From contig NC_045697.1 in NCBI RefSeq assembly GCF_009834535.1, forward strand, positions 13,332,001-13,396,000: DNA of 64,000 nucleotides, written 5' to 3'. Under the pieces are notes generated by a model that was given only the letters and a program-made list of their open reading frames with translations, had not been told where the DNA came from and did not search any database. The stretch comes from Camelus ferus. Lineage: Eukaryota. The translations under genes were made by a program, and so were the position numbers. Positions 63,325-64,000 of this stretch are shown one piece after another (within the stretch, counting starts at the first letter, position 1; each line of letters opens with the position of its first letter).

Positions 63325-64000
63325 CTATTTTTTAATTTCAGCTCTACTGAGGTATAATGAACGTATAAAATTATAAGATATTTAAATTGTACATTGTGGT
63401 GATTTAATATAGATATACATTGTGACAGGCTTCTACTCTAGTCAATTAACACATCCATCATCATCTCACATATTTCTCATATTTCTTTCTCTTTTTTTTT
63501 TTTTTGATGAGGACATTTAAATTCTACTCTCCAGTTACTTTCAATTATACAACACAGTATTATCAACTATAGCCACTATGCTTTATGCTACATCTTCAGA
63601 CCTTATTCTTCTTATAGCTGAAAGTTTGTATTCATTTACCAACTTTTTCCTAGTCCCCCACACCTGGCCTTGTGCAACAAACTTACTATTCTCTGCTTCT
63701 ATGAGTTTCATGATAGCAATTTTTTATTTTTTAGATTCCACATATATGTGATGCCATACAGTATTTGTCTTTCTCTATTGATTATTGCATTAGCATAATG
63801 TCTTCAAGGTCCGTCAATGTTGTTGTAAATGGCAGGATTTTCTTCTTTCTCATTGTATTTGCACAACAGAATATTATTCAATAAAATGGGATATTATACA
63901 TACTGACACACATATATATATATACACACACCCAAACATATACACATAACATATCTTCTTAAAAAAATAAATAAAAACATAACGTATCTTCTTTATCCAT
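63325..64000 (-). mobile_element. L1MA9-like LINE-1 3' end, running off the window
   Basis: cagctctactgaggtataatga...ggacatttaaattctactct...tagattccacatat...aatggcaggattttcttc. Confidence 0.85.

Noticed and set aside
63065..63376. ORF with a KKRKRKKRR basic or NLS-like tract
   Set aside because: Produced by the GA-rich low-complexity tract
1..64000. Scattered AP-1 and single octamer motifs as a regulatory pattern
   Set aside because: Numbers are roughly what chance gives in 64 kb; only the clustered LTR array was kept
1..64000. Host-gene strand inferred from repeat orientation
   Set aside because: L1s and LTRs occur on both strands without a decisive bias
1..64000. CRISPR arrays, tRNA/rRNA/snRNA genes, NUMTs, retrogenes, ERV internal genes or a novel multi-gene system
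   Set aside because: None recognised by eye: no spaced direct-repeat array and no long coding sequence. A highly diverged element could have been missed without database searches

Overview
AT-rich, CpG-depleted placental mammal DNA, either intergenic or deep intronic, with no recognisable protein-coding gene. The ORF track consists of chance ORFs and transposon remnants; the only clear protein homology is to LINE-1 ORF2 and ORF1 fragments. Much of the window is transposable-element debris: MIR, L2, hAT-Charlie MERs, MaLR/ERVL/ERV1 solo LTRs, old L1M/HAL1, and seven 3' fragments of a younger L1 family. From memory, the 3' UTR of that family (GGGAGTTTGAGATTTGCAGATAC...CCAGAAATTGACAC) resembles camelid L1, and I saw no Alu, B1/B2, SINEC, PRE1, Bov-tA or CHR-2 SINE, so a camelid origin is inferred but not proven. 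I found no convincing new biological system. The best leads are a candidate minus-strand exon (61036 to 60942 or 60889), a TSD-flanked ERV1 solo LTR with a CCAAT/octamer array, several repeat-free enhancer-like blocks and template-switch hairpins. All repeat family names are recognition from memory, with approximate boundaries, and need RepeatMasker/Dfam confirmation.
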